Source: Zygnema circumcarinatum SAG 698-1b (taxonomy: Eukaryota > Plantae > Zygnematophyceae). From it: a stretch of 64,000 nucleotides of DNA. Both the position numbers and the translations under genes were made by a program. The stretch lies in the NCBI GenBank assembly GCA_037447605.1, contig CM074820.1, positions 1-64,000 on the forward strand. The letters are read 5' to 3'. Positions within the stretch are counted from its first letter, which is position 1. Each line of letters begins with the position of its first letter. The notes under the pieces were generated by a model. That model had not been told where the DNA came from and made no database searches. It worked only from the letters and a program-made list of their open reading frames with translations. Below, piece by piece: positions 12,872 through 26,891 of this stretch.

Positions 12872-15800
12872 ATGTCTCCTCAAGAGGTTGCAGCCATGGC
12901 GCTGCTTCTTCTGCGTCTAGGCGCAGCGACTGCAGTTGTGCTATTGTTGCTGCTACTTACGCGTTTCTCAGCAATACAGACGCCCCTTCTCCAGGAGGGA
13001 GCTATTGCTTCCAAGCTGCTGGTCGATGGCCGCAGTATCCTATCAGAATCAGCGGAGGATTTCCTCTGTGTCACGCTTGATTGGTGGCCGCCTGAAAAGT
13101 GAGTGTTATTCCTCTTTCTTGCAACAGAAGTGACTGACCCTGTGCTTCGCACTCCTAAGAAACTTCATGTTCGCTCTTAAATTCCTCATAGAGGCCCATC
13201 TCATTGTCTTACTTTTGCTTTTGCAAAACATTACTCCATATTTCAACATTAGACGGGATAGCATTGTTAACAGTGGATGTCAATGGCTGAAGATTGTCGA
13301 AGTCGAAGTTGTACTGGAATGATGATCAGGGTTGCTTTGAAGCCAACGCCGATTATCTGCGACTGTCGGGCCTTGCAGGTGTGACTATGGAAGCTGTGCA
13401 TGGGACCATGTGTCCCTCCTCAACTTGGTATGGCTCGTATTCAAACCCACAGATGGGCGTCACCTCTTCAGACCTCAGTTGGCAAACAGTTTTTGTTTAT
13501 TCACTAACAAGCCCAGCCCTGGCATATTGAAGCTGTTTAAAGCTGCATGCAGCTGATCAATGGCAAGATGCTTGCAGGACCTGTCCAACCCATTCCTCGT
13601 CAAAGCGATGGCAGGTGAAGGCATCCTTTGCCTCTCCTTTTCCACACTCTACTGGAGTGCTTCTTTTTTTCTTATTCATGCCCTCCTGTGTTGATCCTCC
13701 ATGCGCCAAAATGGTGAGGTTCAAGATCTTTGCCTTCTGTGCATGGAATGCAGATTGGAGATGACCACGCGTTTATGAAAAGGAAGAGAAAGCCAGCCGT
13801 GACCGATCGACGGTCGGCAGTCGGCTCCCACAGTCCACTAAACCAGATCGGTTGTGCGGCCTTTTGTGTGCATCAGAACTGGCTCCATTTGTTTTGCGTC
13901 TGGGAGGATCCCTTCAGGACCACATCGTTTATGACGTTGGGGACTCTCCTGTCGGGTGCTCACCTTTAGTCCCCGCGTCCGGCGATCGACTTGGCTTCAG
14001 TGGGGGCTGCTTGTCCCGGGAGCGATGGGACAAACTCAACCTGGTTTGTCAAACCGTTGGGTAAGTGCACCCTGCTTTGTTTATCATTCACATGCGGGAT
14101 AGAAATGTGTCTTAAGCCTTTTGAAACCGAGTGAATTGCTGCTGGCCGTAGGATGTAGTGGATTGGATCTCGCTGTTTCCTTGAACAGTAAGAACTGCTG
14201 GTTCGAGCTGACATTGGGTTGGCGCGGGAGAGGATGGGATGACAGGTGTCGGATCGCATTTGGATTGAATGGTCTCCAAGGCAGGCAGCAGGTGGGCCCC
14301 ACAGAGTGGCTGGGTGCATGGGACCCGTACAATGCGGCGGCTCTGATCAACTATACCGTCCAGAGTGGCTATAATGTCTTCTCCTGGCACCTGGGTACGC
14401 ATTTAAGCTTGTGGATGACGTAGTTCTCCAAAGCTAAGGCATCGGTTGAAAGGTACAATATGTGAGAACGGTTCGGAATTCATTAGAGAACGTTGTGTGT
14501 GCACATCCACATTGCGAGACTGAACAGCTGTTCTGCCTTGACTAGATTCCCAGGTGCAGCAGCATATGCTTTTCTTCGTCGCTGGTGCTGCGAGCAATGA
14601 TGAATGGCCATACCACATCTGCTGCATTTGGGTGGAGGCTGCAATGGCAGGCAACGAGCTCGCTGGTGAGGGGGGAGTGGCTGCCCACATTCCTCCCGCG
14701 CAGTATGCACAGGATGTGCAGGCGCTGCGAGCTGCCATCTCCGCGGCTTACGATCCTTCGCCCATGCCCACGCCCCTCCTTGCCGCGCCTGATGGCTTTA
14801 TGGACAGTGACTGGCTCTCTGCCTTTCTCAAGGCAGCTGGAGGGACCGTGGACGTCGTGACGCATCACAACTATTTTTTAGGGGCTGGTTTGTCCGCATG
14901 CGCTCTGCCCTATGCTGTAGCGCTTTCCCCAGTTGATGGGCTCAATGGATTTTACGTCACCGTGAGAGTAGCCTGAGAATACAGTTCCAAGGACCCCCTG
15001 ATCCAGATCAGATATCCTGCTGCTGTGGATGCGGAGGACAGGTGTGGACCCTGCATTAGAGGAGCGTATCTTGAACCCCTCTTATTTGGCTAGCGATGAA
15101 GCAAACTACATGGAGGCGTGGCGTACGGTTCGTGCAGCGGCTGCTGGTGCTGAGATTTGGATTGGAGAATCAGGGGGAGCCTACAACTCCGGCCGCCATC
15201 TTGTGACTGACTCGTTCGTTTCTGGCTTCTGGTAATCCTTGCGGTGCAGCATCCTCCTCCCCCCCAACTCCTTCGCTTCCGAAGCTGCGCCAAATCCTAT
15301 AACTGCAGGTGATGAGCCTCGCGGTGCAGGTACCTGGACCAGCTGGGCCTGGCGGCAGCCAATCACCACAGGCGCCACTGCCGTCAAACCCTTGTGGGCG
15401 GAAACTATGGTCTGGTGAGCCAATTAATGGCTATGGCAGTCTTTTGCTTCCTTGCTTGCTTACCTTCCGTGCAGGGCTCCGGTCTGCTGGTGTCAGACTT
15501 ACGTCGGTGTGTGTTTTGCGTGTGCAGCTCAACACCACCACTCTGCAGCCGAATCCCGACTTTTACAGGTGCTCTGACTAGAGTGTGCTGACGGTGGCTA
15601 AAATCCCACTGTTTTCCTTTCTTCACTGGCAAGGGCATGTTGAGTCCATGTCTCTGTTGTTTTTAGTAATGCAAGTACGTTTCTCCTAATGAGACAAGGG
15701 TTGACGATAATATAGCCTGCATGCTATTGTTGCATCTGAGACAATTTTTCTCCGAGTGCATCCTATGATTCTGTTTCTGATTCTGATTCTGTTTTGGTTT

Positions 15801-16746
15801 TCATATTCACTTGCATAAGTATTCTGGATATGCGTGAATCCTTGCCGTGAATCAGTGACCGTCCTGTCCCAAGCGTAGAAACTTTGAAACAGCGGCAATT
15901 CACTGTGTTTGCTGTTGCGTGCAGCGCGCTGCTCTGGAGGCGCCTCATGGGCGCCCGAGTTCTGCGCGTGGTGGGGCTGGCGAGCAAGCAGCTCCGCGCG
16001 TATGCGCACTGCCACGGCAGCGCAGAGGTGAGTAGTTTGGACCCTGAAGTGGGGGAGGTGGTCATGGAGAGTCAAAGAAAGTGGAACACCTGAAACTCCG
16101 TCCCCCCTAATTGACCACCAATAACATCGGCCGTACGCACGGAATGGGAACTTCCAAACAAAAAAAAAGGTTTTTTCAAACTTCCATCAACTTTTGTTCG
16201 TGTTTGGACACCGTTCCCTGGGTAACCTGCTACTGTCTACCGTCCTCCGCCAACGAGCGTCCTTCTGCATAGAAACAGATGAACGCACGCATAACGCTGG
16301 GTGGGCTTGGTTGATTTATCATGACTGGACCATTCAACTTCGCATGTTTTCGAAAGTCGAGCATTCTCAATTGAAGGGGGTCCCATTGCCGCATGGCTGC
16401 GCAGGGAGGAGTGAGCCTGGTCCTTATAAACCTGCATACGTTGAAGCAGGTAGTGACCATTCAGCTGTCCAATACCAGCGACGAGGCTGATCTGCCGCGT
16501 AGCGGTCGTCGCGAAGAATACCACCTGCTCCCTCCAAACGGCGACCTCCATTCGCAGGCAGTGCTGCTCAATGGGCGGCTGCTGAAGCTGGCCGACGCGG
16601 CCGACCTGCAGGCCATGGCGGTCGTGCGGGCGGACGCGGCGCGCTCGCCCGTTGTGGTGGCGCCGCGCTCCTACGCCTTCGTCGCTTTGCCCGATGCGCA
16701 CCTCGCGCTCTGCTCCCAGAGCTCCCTCGCGCGAGACGCGGAGTGA
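12872..16746 (+). CDS. Heparanase-like beta-glucuronidase (glycoside hydrolase family 79), secreted, about 11 exons
   Basis: Hydrophobic signal peptide; CVTLDWWPPEK|CDYG, LRLGGSLQD, FGLNGL, WHLG|NE (acid/base Glu), VVTHHNY, IWIGESGGAYNSG (nucleophile Glu), YLDQLG, CRQTLVGGNYGL, PNPDFY, LRAYAHC, REEYHL, VLLNG. Confidence 0.93.
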
Positions 16747-17475
16747 GCTCGCTTGCTGTGTTTGCTGTGAGGAACAGTCTGAGCATTGTTTGCGTGGGAG
16801 TTGTAAGCTAAACTACCGCTGGGCTTTTCCGAGGAAAGGATGGTGTTCGGACAAAATTTCTGGAATGTAGTTATAAGGTTTTGCTTGGGTAAGTATTTCT
16901 TGGGTAGCATACTTCATTTTTGGCACGTCGCCAGGAAACATTGTTGATTTAGAGCTTGTGTACCGGCTGGTAGATTTGGTACGAGACGAATAGGTGTTGT
17001 GTACCACCGGTAACAAAATGTGACGCAATTCAAAGTGACCAATGAGAGGCCGTTGGCGACCGGCTAATGATGGACCAACCTACGTGCAACATAATTGAAA
17101 GGTGTAATGTAAAGTTTGGATGAGCAAGAAATAGACTTATCCGCTTTGTTGACTTTTGCATTTACTCGATTCTATGGTTTTCTCCACTGATCTTATCGAC
17201 TCGCACAGTCGTTCCGCTCTCTACACAACAGTCGTCGTCCCTCAGACACAGGTACAGACAGGTTCAAACCTCCCCTCTGAGTGGTGGCGCTCCGCTTCTT
17301 AAGTCGCCCTCGTTCCCAGCCGCGACGGTCGGCATAAGACCCGATACATCAATACGATACGATACGATTCGGCGAGCTAGCGGACGGGGCCGCGAGGCTC
17401 GGGGCGGCGCAGCGCGGAGCCGCGCAGGGTCCGGCGCTGAGCTAGAGCGAGAGAGAAAGACGTCTCACGGCCGCC

Positions 17476-20400
17476 ATGGCCGCCCGCCGCGCCCTCCTGC
17501 CGGCCTGCGCCCGCGCGCTCGACTGCAGGCTATCGCCACCTCTCCGCTGCGGCTGCGCCTCTCTGGCATCGGGAGGAGCTCCGGCACGCACTGCGCTTCC
17601 GCCGTCACGGCGCGCAAACTTCCGCCTGTGCGCCGCAGGCATTGCAGGTAGCTACCATCGCCGTCGCCACTCTCATCACCGCTATTGCTGAAGATGCTTC
17701 AACCCTAGGCTTAGGCTGCATGCTTGTCACGAACGTTTGCCTTACGTGAAGCAGCCACCCTTACCGCGTCCAGTACGTCACGTATCCAATTCGCAACACA
17801 CTATCTTAATTGAAGTCCAAATCTGTACGTAGAGTTGGGGCATGTAGTAGAATTCGAATGGAAACGGCAATTCTTCTATACCGTTCAGGGACACTTTTAC
17901 TTAAAAAGTGGTAGCTAAGGATGGCAAAGCCCTTTTGTCAAGGGGCCTCCCATATAGGCACATATTGGACACGTTTGAACATCTTCATGTGGTATAGTTT
18001 GGTAACTTTACACTCTTGAGAACAGTGGTCGCTTGTTTGAGCGCCTGTCGCTTGGAATTGACGCTGCTTGCACGCAGTAGTGACAGTTGTCGCGCATCGA
18101 GCAGCGCGCGGACATGTTTTCATATGCGTGGGTCGCAATTTTGACAATTATACAGCGTTGTTGGTTTATCCAGATATTCGTCTCTTCCAACATCAAATAA
18201 TTGTGTAAGGCATGGACTTTGTAATGGAGGAAGGCAGGGTATCTTGAATCAATCTGAGGCTGTTCACATTGGCTTGTTTGCACTCTCTCATCATTAAGAT
18301 CCGATGCTTCGTTTCATACTGGCCCTATGGTAAACGGGGTAAGGAGCTCTCTGAGGCGAGTGAGAGATAAGGTCTCTTACGTCTTTCTTTCTCTTATTGT
18401 CTGGTATATGTTTTGCCATCTTCCTTTTCGAAGAATGCACAGAAGGTATTTTTTTGTCTTGGAGCCTCTTATTGTCGTTGGATATACGGGACGTTCTTTT
18501 TTTCTGCGTTCTGGACTGCCGATCCCTATAGCATTGCTGTTTGCCGGTTGCCATGCATGTCCATCAGAATGCAGGCTTTTGAGTTAATGTCAGTTGAGCA
18601 TTATGGACACTGCAGAGGCAGAGGCCGCGGAATTGACAAGCTCCAAAGGAAGACCGACGTTTTTATTTAGGGCGGCCTCTCTTAACACCGCCTCTGAGAC
18701 TGCTTCTACTCTTACCGATGATGACGATGAAAAGGTGCGAAAAACTTGTTTTGCACACAGCTGTAGGCGCTCTTGGTCAGGACTTGCCACTGCCCTCCTC
18801 TTCATCCCTTCACATAAGTCCTGATCCTCTTGCTACTGGTGGGTTTCTCGCTTTGCTTACAACAGTGTATGGTGCTCACAGACTATGTTGGAGAAGCTTC
18901 TGATTTGAGGGAACATGCTGCGTTTACGGTGGCAGCTGGAATTACTGGACCCTGATTTCTATCGTATGGGATACGTTCGGGATGTCCGCGCATACGGAGT
19001 GGAGTTCAAAGAGGGGCCGAAAGGAGTTGGAGTGTACTTCACAAATGATATTCCATCTGTTAAAGTGCCCCTTGTGAGTGGACTATCACAATTAATATTA
19101 ATATATTATATTAATATTGAAAGTTCTAACCGCCATCGTGGTGTGCTGACTGCTGTCTGTCCATTACAAGAGAAATATCATGTTAGAGGGAGTTCAAACC
19201 TTGCCGATGCTTACCTTGTAGTCTAGCTTGGTTCAATGTGACTCTTTAGCCGGGCTTCCTGTGGACCTTTCCACTCATGTAGTTGAGTTATAGCTGCCCA
19301 TGAACAGTAACTTTAAGGTCCAAGGCTGTAAAACTGCCAATAATGGCAGCACAAAACTGTACTGCCATGAAGTGGAAACTTATGGCTGTGTTCATTCCCG
19401 TGACGTATGGTGGAAGGTTTTTTGGTTTTCAGACGGTGCTAGAAATCCCGGTAGAAATAATGGTGACAGTGAGCAAAGAGCCTCCCTGGATTTTTCGTCC
19501 GGATTTTCTCCCGTTGGGGGATCCTCTCTTTCCCGTCATCAACTCTACAAATGCGGAGGTCAGGGCAACTGCTGCCTCTGCCAAAGATTGAGTTTTTTTG
19601 CAGCTCCTGCGTCTATTTGCTTTACTGGTTTTTGCATGTCGTTCCATTGCTTCTTTTTTCGTCTGGCAAGAATCAGTCGTCAAGGGCAGACTCACGATTC
19701 TCTTTAGACCTAACCAAAATATTGCATTGGTTACAAGTTGTCCGGCATGTACCCGTATCAGATTCATTGGAATTTATGAGAATACACTATCTTAAGGCCA
19801 CCAAGTGCCTTTGCGAGACTCAAACAGCTGTCGCTCTTTTCTCCCGTTTTGAGTGCGCTATTGTTTTGTTGCTTGCCTGCAGGCAGACTGGGACATACGG
19901 CTCGCATGCATGCTCTTGCTGGGACTCCATCAGGAGGGCAATTTTTGGCACTTCTATGGCGACTTCCTGCCGCCCTTGGAGGAATGCCCATCGCTTCTGC
20001 TGGCTACCCAGGTGTGGGGTTCAAAGCATTTCTGGAGTTGTCTTTCGCACCAGAAGCGATGACTTTCGACATGGACTTACGGGTTCTGCTGCTTCCTTTG
20101 AACGCTACTGTGCCTCTCTTGAGAGAACTTCTCCTTCGGAATGATTTTTTTTTCTTTCTTGTGGATGCATTATACTTCAGTGCGTTAAAGTCGTCCAATT
20201 TTCTGGAAGGGAACGCCATTGCTATAGCAGGAGATTAAGTGATGACTATATCGATTATTAGAGTCTCGTAAATCTCCGCCTAAGGATTGTGTCAAGTGGC
20301 AGGCCGAGCTTGCAGAGCTTGAAGAGCCGCAGTTGGAGCAGTACATGGCGGGCCAGCAGCGGCGTTTGGAGGCGTTCTGGGCGCAGCACTGGGTGGGGCC

Positions 20401-23400
20401 CTGACTCTTCTTATAACGTTTTTATCGATCAAATGTTTCAGTGGCGTTGGGCTCACTGATCCTTTTTCATGAGTTCGTATATTCTGCCAGAGTTCCGATT
20501 ATTAGAGCTATTGCAATCCAAGATCATGCAGATATATGGCAACTACGCTTCTGCAGATCTATGAGATTGCATCTTCTGAAGAACTCACATTTGTACTGCA
20601 AAATGACTTCTGCAAATATTGATTTTTCACCGTTCGTATATGTGGGTCGATATCTCTGGAGTCCTCCCTCTTGCAGATTCTTTTCCTGCTCTAAATTTGC
20701 ACGCAGTTTCTTGGAGATAGCTGGATGTATTTTCAGGCTGCAGACTATTATCACTCTGAGTTTAAACATCAACCTTTTTCTGTATGCCTTTAGTGCTGGA
20801 AAGAAGCGGGACAATATGCTCGATGGTGTCTTTTAGCATGCTAGGTTTGAGATGTAATCACTTTTACGGAGATACGATCATTCGTGCGTTCACACATAAA
20901 TTGTTTGTGGCATGGGTTAGCAGGCTTCTGCAGACGTTCCCTTCAACTTAGCACAGCTCTGCCAAAGTAAAGAGCAGTTCAAGTGGGCTGTGGCTCAAGT
21001 CTGGTCTCGGAGTCAGCTTGTTCATTGCATCTTTTCTTCCCTTCGACAGGATACACACCTGCTGTGTCCCTATGCAGGTGAGCACTATGGTCGAGCTCTA
21101 ATGCTTCGCAATCCCAAAATCCAATGCCACCTCACTCATGATCGCTTGAATGTCTTCCCTTGTCCCCTTGTATCAAATCTCGTCTGCAGACATGTTGAAC
21201 CATTCGTACGATCCCAACTGTGCCTTTCGGTGGCGAAAGCACGACCAGATGTTGGAAGTGTACATTATGGCGGGGCAGAGCATTCGAAAGGGAGACGAGG
21301 TGCTGCCATAGCTCTCACTTCTGCCCTCACTTGGTGGGAGAACCCTTCTTGACTATTTTCACTTGCAACGATCTCAGCTTGAGCTTGTTTTAGGTGTGAC
21401 CGTATGTCCTCCAGATGAAGGGGAGGGGAATTCCAAGGTGCTAGCTGTGGGAATCGCACAATTTGATTGAATGCACTGGATGTCGACCAGGCAGAATCTG
21501 ACTGGAATTACAAATCTCTCACTTATTAGTCTCTGTTTTTTTCCCGCACAAGAACGTGCTAGTGTATTGAGTTTGGAAGCTTTCAGGGTATGCACCAGTA
21601 ATTTTTCCACTATTTAACCCATCCACGAGGCTGAAGAATTCAGCTGCGTTGTGCTGCATCTGGTTTACCTTGTGTGCTTGCCAAAGTCTCGACTTTTAGA
21701 CACGTGATTCTACCTCCGTGATTCTTTCTGAAGCCATTCCTTGGACTGGCTTGGGCGAGCGCAGCTGACCTTCGCCTACGTGGAGCAGCAGCCCAACAGC
21801 GCGCTCATGCGCGACTTCGGTTTCTCTCTGCCACACGTGTGTCCCCATCCCTGCAAATTTTGCCTCTTCGTCGTCTTCGTTATTCTGTCATTACAAGAGC
21901 GTTCACAAGTGGTGTCATAGTGATTCTTCTGACTCCTACAACGGCGTCTAGTCAACAAATAGTTCAAGGAAGCACCACTTTTTCTGAACTGACATGGTTT
22001 CTACGCTTTGCACTTTGTATAGTTCCAATAATTCCAGGACTGTAGAGCGCTTTCTTGTTGTTGGAAATGATTGTGCAGAGCCAGTAAGTGAAAACATGCG
22101 ACTCATATGCAGCTTTTCTTGTTTTCTACCGGTAGAAGAAAAGAATCATGCTAAATCAATGGAAGTTGAAACAGAGTTCGGTTTATCGTCGTATGCTTAG
22201 TTAATGACGCCATCCGTTCTGTTATTGCAGAATGAATGGGAAGGAGTGGTATTTTCAGGGAAGTTCAAGATACATCGAGACTCATTTTTATCCACTTTCA
22301 ATATTTCTGGAATGTTCGACAACTATTACTTAAGAGGTATACGCTGAATTTGCGGCGTGCCTCGAATATGATGAGTACAGCAAGTACATATTCTAAAGAT
22401 TTCTGGAGGACTGTGTTCGGTATATGGGCCGAATGATTGCTGACTCCAGTCGTCACCCGGTCATGCCTTTGTTTCCCTGACTGATGCCGTGCCTGTTTGT
22501 CTGCCTGTCTATTTGTTGTTTCGTTTAGAGAGCGAATTTTTTTTGGAAGGTTCAATGCAGAAGGATATGCACTAATGAAAAGAAGGCCAGACATCATGGT
22601 AACCAAGAGTGGACTCGTCCTTTGCGACAGATAATGACGAGCAGCAGACGGACGGCCTCGGCCGTTGGATCATTGCGGCAGCGCGCACTCTCCCGATGTG
22701 GCACGACGGAGACATGCCTCCGCTTCCCTCGGAGGAGATCGCTGCTGTGGCTGGGATTCGAAGGGAGTGTGAAGCACTGTTGGCTGAGTACTCGACCACT
22801 GTGGAGGAAGACAGGAGACTGCTCGGTGAGCAATTCTTACAAAGAGTGGGGAAGAGATAAAGGATACCAACTTCTTTCTGGCCTGGCCAGACCACCTTCC
22901 TTAACAGTGCTGGTAAAGTTCAATTATGATAGAAATTGTCTGTTATAGGTCCTATGTCCATGTCCATGTTCATCGCATGCGACACGCCTGCGTAAATAGT
23001 CGATGGTTTCTATGCATATATCGAGAAGTGAAGATTCACCATAAATCCACCTCTCATGCCCAGAGGGAGCTTCACAGCCCTTGTTGTTATATCGTAATGG
23101 CAAGAGAGAGAGAGAGAGGGAGACAGAGAGAGAGAGAGAGAGAGTATTCATGACGACTGAAAGCTGGTGTTTCCTATCTGTTGTTTCTTTGCTGCAGAGG
23201 CTGGAAGCAGAGGCAAGTCAGAGCGCTGGAAGGTCATCATGAAGTGAGTGATTGCCTTTTACCGAACCCGTTTGCACTCAATTCTAGTGTTGAATGTCGT
23301 TAGCTCATGGTAGCTCAGCCAGACTGTGGCTTCGAATCCATTGAGGGCACCTTGTCCTTGTGGAGCATAGATGGGCATATGCCAATCCGAGATGCAACGT

Positions 23401-23811
23401 GTGAAATTTTGGCCAAAGTGACGGGCCGTAATCGACTCATCCCCTTTTCGTATTTGAGATATCCTGAATGGACCCCTTGTCTGTTTACAAGGCCATGAAG
23501 CCGCGAACTACTTCACTCCATAGCTATTTAGGTGTGCTGAAATCAAGTCATTTGCCCATTCTTTTCATTCCCTCCTAGCCTTCTTCCCTGTAAGTGCGGG
23601 CAAGCTCGAGCATGCGGGCTCTGTCACCGTGAGTGATGTGAATGTATGTGCTTGATAGCTGCAGGTGGAGACAGCAGATTTGCGTGCATCAGGAAAAACT
23701 GTTTCTGATTTGTCATTTTCCTCTTTATGCAGATATCGGATCCACCGGAAAGAGTTTCTTCAAACGATTATGGAGGCTTTGCATGTTTATTCTGAAAGCT
23801 TTTGGAATTAA
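17476..23811 (+). CDS. PTAC14: Plastid transcriptionally active 14 (PAP7), SET-domain / Rubisco-LSMT-like methyltransferase
   Basis: Exon peptides DPDFYRMGYVRDVRAYGVEFKEGP, DWDIRLACMLL, FWHFYGDFLP, CPYA|DMLNHSYDPNC, IIAAARTLPMW, LLAEYSTTVEEDRRLL, KYRIHRK...WN* are collinear with land-plant pTAC14; N-terminal transit peptide. Confidence 0.92.
23103..23143. repeat. (GA)n microsatellite in a PTAC14 intron
   Basis: Interrupted AG dinucleotide run seen directly. Confidence 0.9.
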
Positions 23812-24708
23812 CTTTTTCTTATCCGGAGAGGCGTATATCCCACATTTGGCGCTGCATGTTCATGTAGGGAAAGGGTGGTCAGCAATGGCTCAATCTGATG
23901 TAGTTCTGGCAACCTCCACCTGGCTGCCAGCCTCAAAAAAGTGGATGCTTGTCGATTGGAGTGTGCCTGGAACGCATGAGGGTGGGTCGAAAGAGGGAGA
24001 GGAGAGGCAAGCAGAGGGAGATCGTTGCTTCAAGGCATATCTGTCCCTGTGCCGACAAATTTACCTTGTTGGACCATGATTTTATCACGGCATATCCTTT
24101 ATGGAGGTTCTGTTTCCTCTGCCATCATACCGTACCGCGCGGTACAAGTTAGGTTTGAACTGCTTTTTCTGGGCTGAACAGCCATCAGCCGATTGGTGGC
24201 ATTGTACTCTCAACTCGCCGTTTTCAACCGTGTGATCTAGAATCCTGAGGGCGAGTATTCCTGGGCCACCTATGAGATGTAGGGGCTACGACTTCCACTT
24301 TGAAGTCTATGAACGCATGGCTCCAGACATTGCAGATATTTATCAGATAGATTCTTTTCTGGTTCAACTCTATCAAGGTACTGGAAACAATACGCGGTAA
24401 GTTACATTTAGTAGTCGCTAGGAAACATTCTACGAACAATTTAAATGACTTGGGGAAATTTACTAATAAATTGGCTTCAGAACTTCTTCTTCCTTAGAGA
24501 GGCAGAGTTGGACAAAGTGCCCGGAGTGCTTTCAGGCGCTGCCCTGCATTATGAGGCCGTGCCAGCCGGAAGCAATGAAACAGACGATGCCTGAAAACAA
24601 CCTTCTGTGACAGTAATAAGCAGCAGGCAGCTTGCCTCCCCCTATAAACCTAAGTCATTCGCGAGTAGCTGCTGTGTAGACATATGAACAAGAAGGCGGG
24701 GCCTCCCT

Positions 24709-26627
24709 TTACAATTTGAACGAATGAAGAAACGCCGGCAGCCTGCCATGCCTGTAGGTTTCTGAATTCAAGAACCCTACCGCCAGCAAAAGCGTCGCAT
24801 AAGCAAATACCAATACTTTACACCAGTCGACCCGCCTCCGAAACTCTTCCCGACTAACAGGTTGCTTGCAGAGAGGCTGACGAGCCCCTTCCCGCAATGC
24901 AGAGCGGGACGGTTCTGTGTACACAAACACGTATCGCACACGTACCAGGTCGCTGTTCCGCACGAGCACATACGTTCCCAGATCTGGACACTGCTCATCA
25001 TCGACCCCTTCCTTTGCCTTAAAAACCCTCTCTAACAAGCTCGAATGAGAGCGAGTCACTCCGTTCGGACAGTTCGCCACTTCGCAAAGCAGCATGTAAC
25101 GTGCACGAGCCCCAAAGCTGGAACGCTCCCACCCCTCGCCCGCGGAACAGAAGGTAATGGCTACAGCAGGATCCGTTGACAAGTAGATGCCTTCCCCAAA
25201 AATAGCGCCATTTCGCTGCAATCGAGTGCCACTCATGTTGAGCAAACCTGCACATAATGTTCCGCCTGTCCTGTCAATAACTAGAACCACCTTTATCCTT
25301 CGTTCAAAGGAATCCAGGCACAAAACAACTTCCGCAGCCTTGCAGATCACTCCGCAAATTCAATTACAAACAATGGCACAAATTGCAGCGAGGGAAAGCA
25401 AAGGTGATTGCCTTACGAGACTGCTAAAACTCCAAGATGAGGGCAAATAAAAAAAATAGATTTTTCATCCTTGCAACTAGAGTGAGACCGGACACCGCAG
25501 GATCTGCTTTTGAGTAGCTACAACTCTGTTTGAACGAAAGCGCAACCCACCACAGCGTAGGATACAATGGATGTTTTCTGCTGCCGTCCCATGGAAGGCC
25601 ATAAAACTACCGCCCTTCACCTTGGCTGTTTCAAAAGCCTCTTGTCGGCGGTCCAGGCAATTTTCATACACCTGACAGGTACTACAAGCGGAAAATCAGG
25701 CTTCTCCATCGACTAGAAAGGACACTCAGCATCCTTTCCTCGTAGTTAGAAGCGCGTTCCAGAGTGGTAGCAAACAGGAAACTGCTGACCTCCATTACAT
25801 AGTGCGGGCGCAGCTCTTCCAGCAGCTGTATAGAGGACGAAGAAACGCTCAGGCCACTCCCCGGAATACACCAAGGCGACTTCTCCTCCGGAAACAGGGC
25901 GGCGAGCTCCCGCGGGTCCAGGACCAGGCGCACGCGGCATCGGAAGCTCAACAGCCATTGTAGCAGCCGAAGTGCGCGCAGCGGCATGTCGGACAGCGGG
26001 CTGCGCCCCTCCGAGAGCGCGCTCGAGCCGCCGCCCTGACGCGGAGCCCCCCCCCCCACTATCGCAGCCATAGCGGGGATGTGCGCGACAGCATCCTCCG
26101 CCGCGGAGAAGTCCTTGTCGGGAAGCTCCCCGCCGCTGTTGAACAGCGTCAGCGGGAACGGAGCACACACTGCCGCTCAGGACATGCCCTAACTCGATAA
26201 AGTTACATCAAAGACGGCCTTGGTGTGCTTAAGGAAAAGAAGAAGGACCGACAGCAGGCAGCCGAGGCCTCTTCAGCGTGAGAGCAAAGCAACGTCTGAT
26301 GGACAGCAGCGTCTGATCTTGCCACAGCTCTTACACAAATGGTTCGCTTCTCCAATGCCGTGCCACTCAGTCCGCAGCGCTTTTACGGTTTTGAATGGAA
26401 ACATCGATGCAGTATTGTTTTCAAGGGCATTGAGAGGCTCCCAGCAGACGCCGGCAGGCAGGCAGGCAGGCGCGAAAGGCACCTGTCGGGCGGCGATAGC
26501 TTCGGAGCGCCTGCACGAAGGACGCGACGAGGAAGTCGGCGCCCTCCGGCGCCGCGCGGCACGCCTCGTAAACGCCGCGCTCCACGCTCGGCCGCCCCCG
26601 CGCCCCCTCCGCCCCCGCCATGGCCAT
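24709..26627 (-). CDS. PARP16: PARP16/ARTD15-like tail-anchored mono-ADP-ribosyltransferase, 4 exons
   Basis: N-terminal ALRSYRRPT|VCAPFP; catalytic FHGTAAENIHCILRCG|LLNM, IFGEGIYLSTD, MLLCEV, TYVLVRNSDLVRVRYVFVY (H-Y-Y-type triad); C-terminal hydrophobic anchor VLVFAYATLLLAVGFL. Confidence 0.85.
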
Positions 26628-26891
26628 GGCCACGCCCGCCCTCGCCCTCGTCCTCGTCCTCGCCCCCTTGCTCTCTATGCGGAATTGCGGAGGGACGAGG
26701 GAGCGCAGAGGGACCAGAAAGGGACCAGAAAGGGACAAGAAAGGGACCGACCGACCGACCGCGAATACGACGCGGAAACCGCTTACTGCCGTATGGCCCT
26801 ACGGGCGTAGGCGGTACGGCCATAGGGGGTACGGCCGGTGTAGGCCGGCTTGTGCCGGAGTACGGTACCGCGCAGAGGCGGAGGAAAGAGG
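26628..26891. promoter_or_regulatory. Candidate bidirectional promoter between the PARP16-like and RING-CH genes
   Basis: Divergent ATGs about 265-280 bp apart; three 11-bp GGGAC(C/A)AGAAA repeats, (GACC)n and several GTACGG motifs. Confidence 0.55.

Noticed and set aside
22858-24102. U12-type donor-like GTATCCTTT/ATATCCTTT motifs
   Set aside because: One is on the non-coding strand and the other is in a 3' UTR; neither is at a required exon junction
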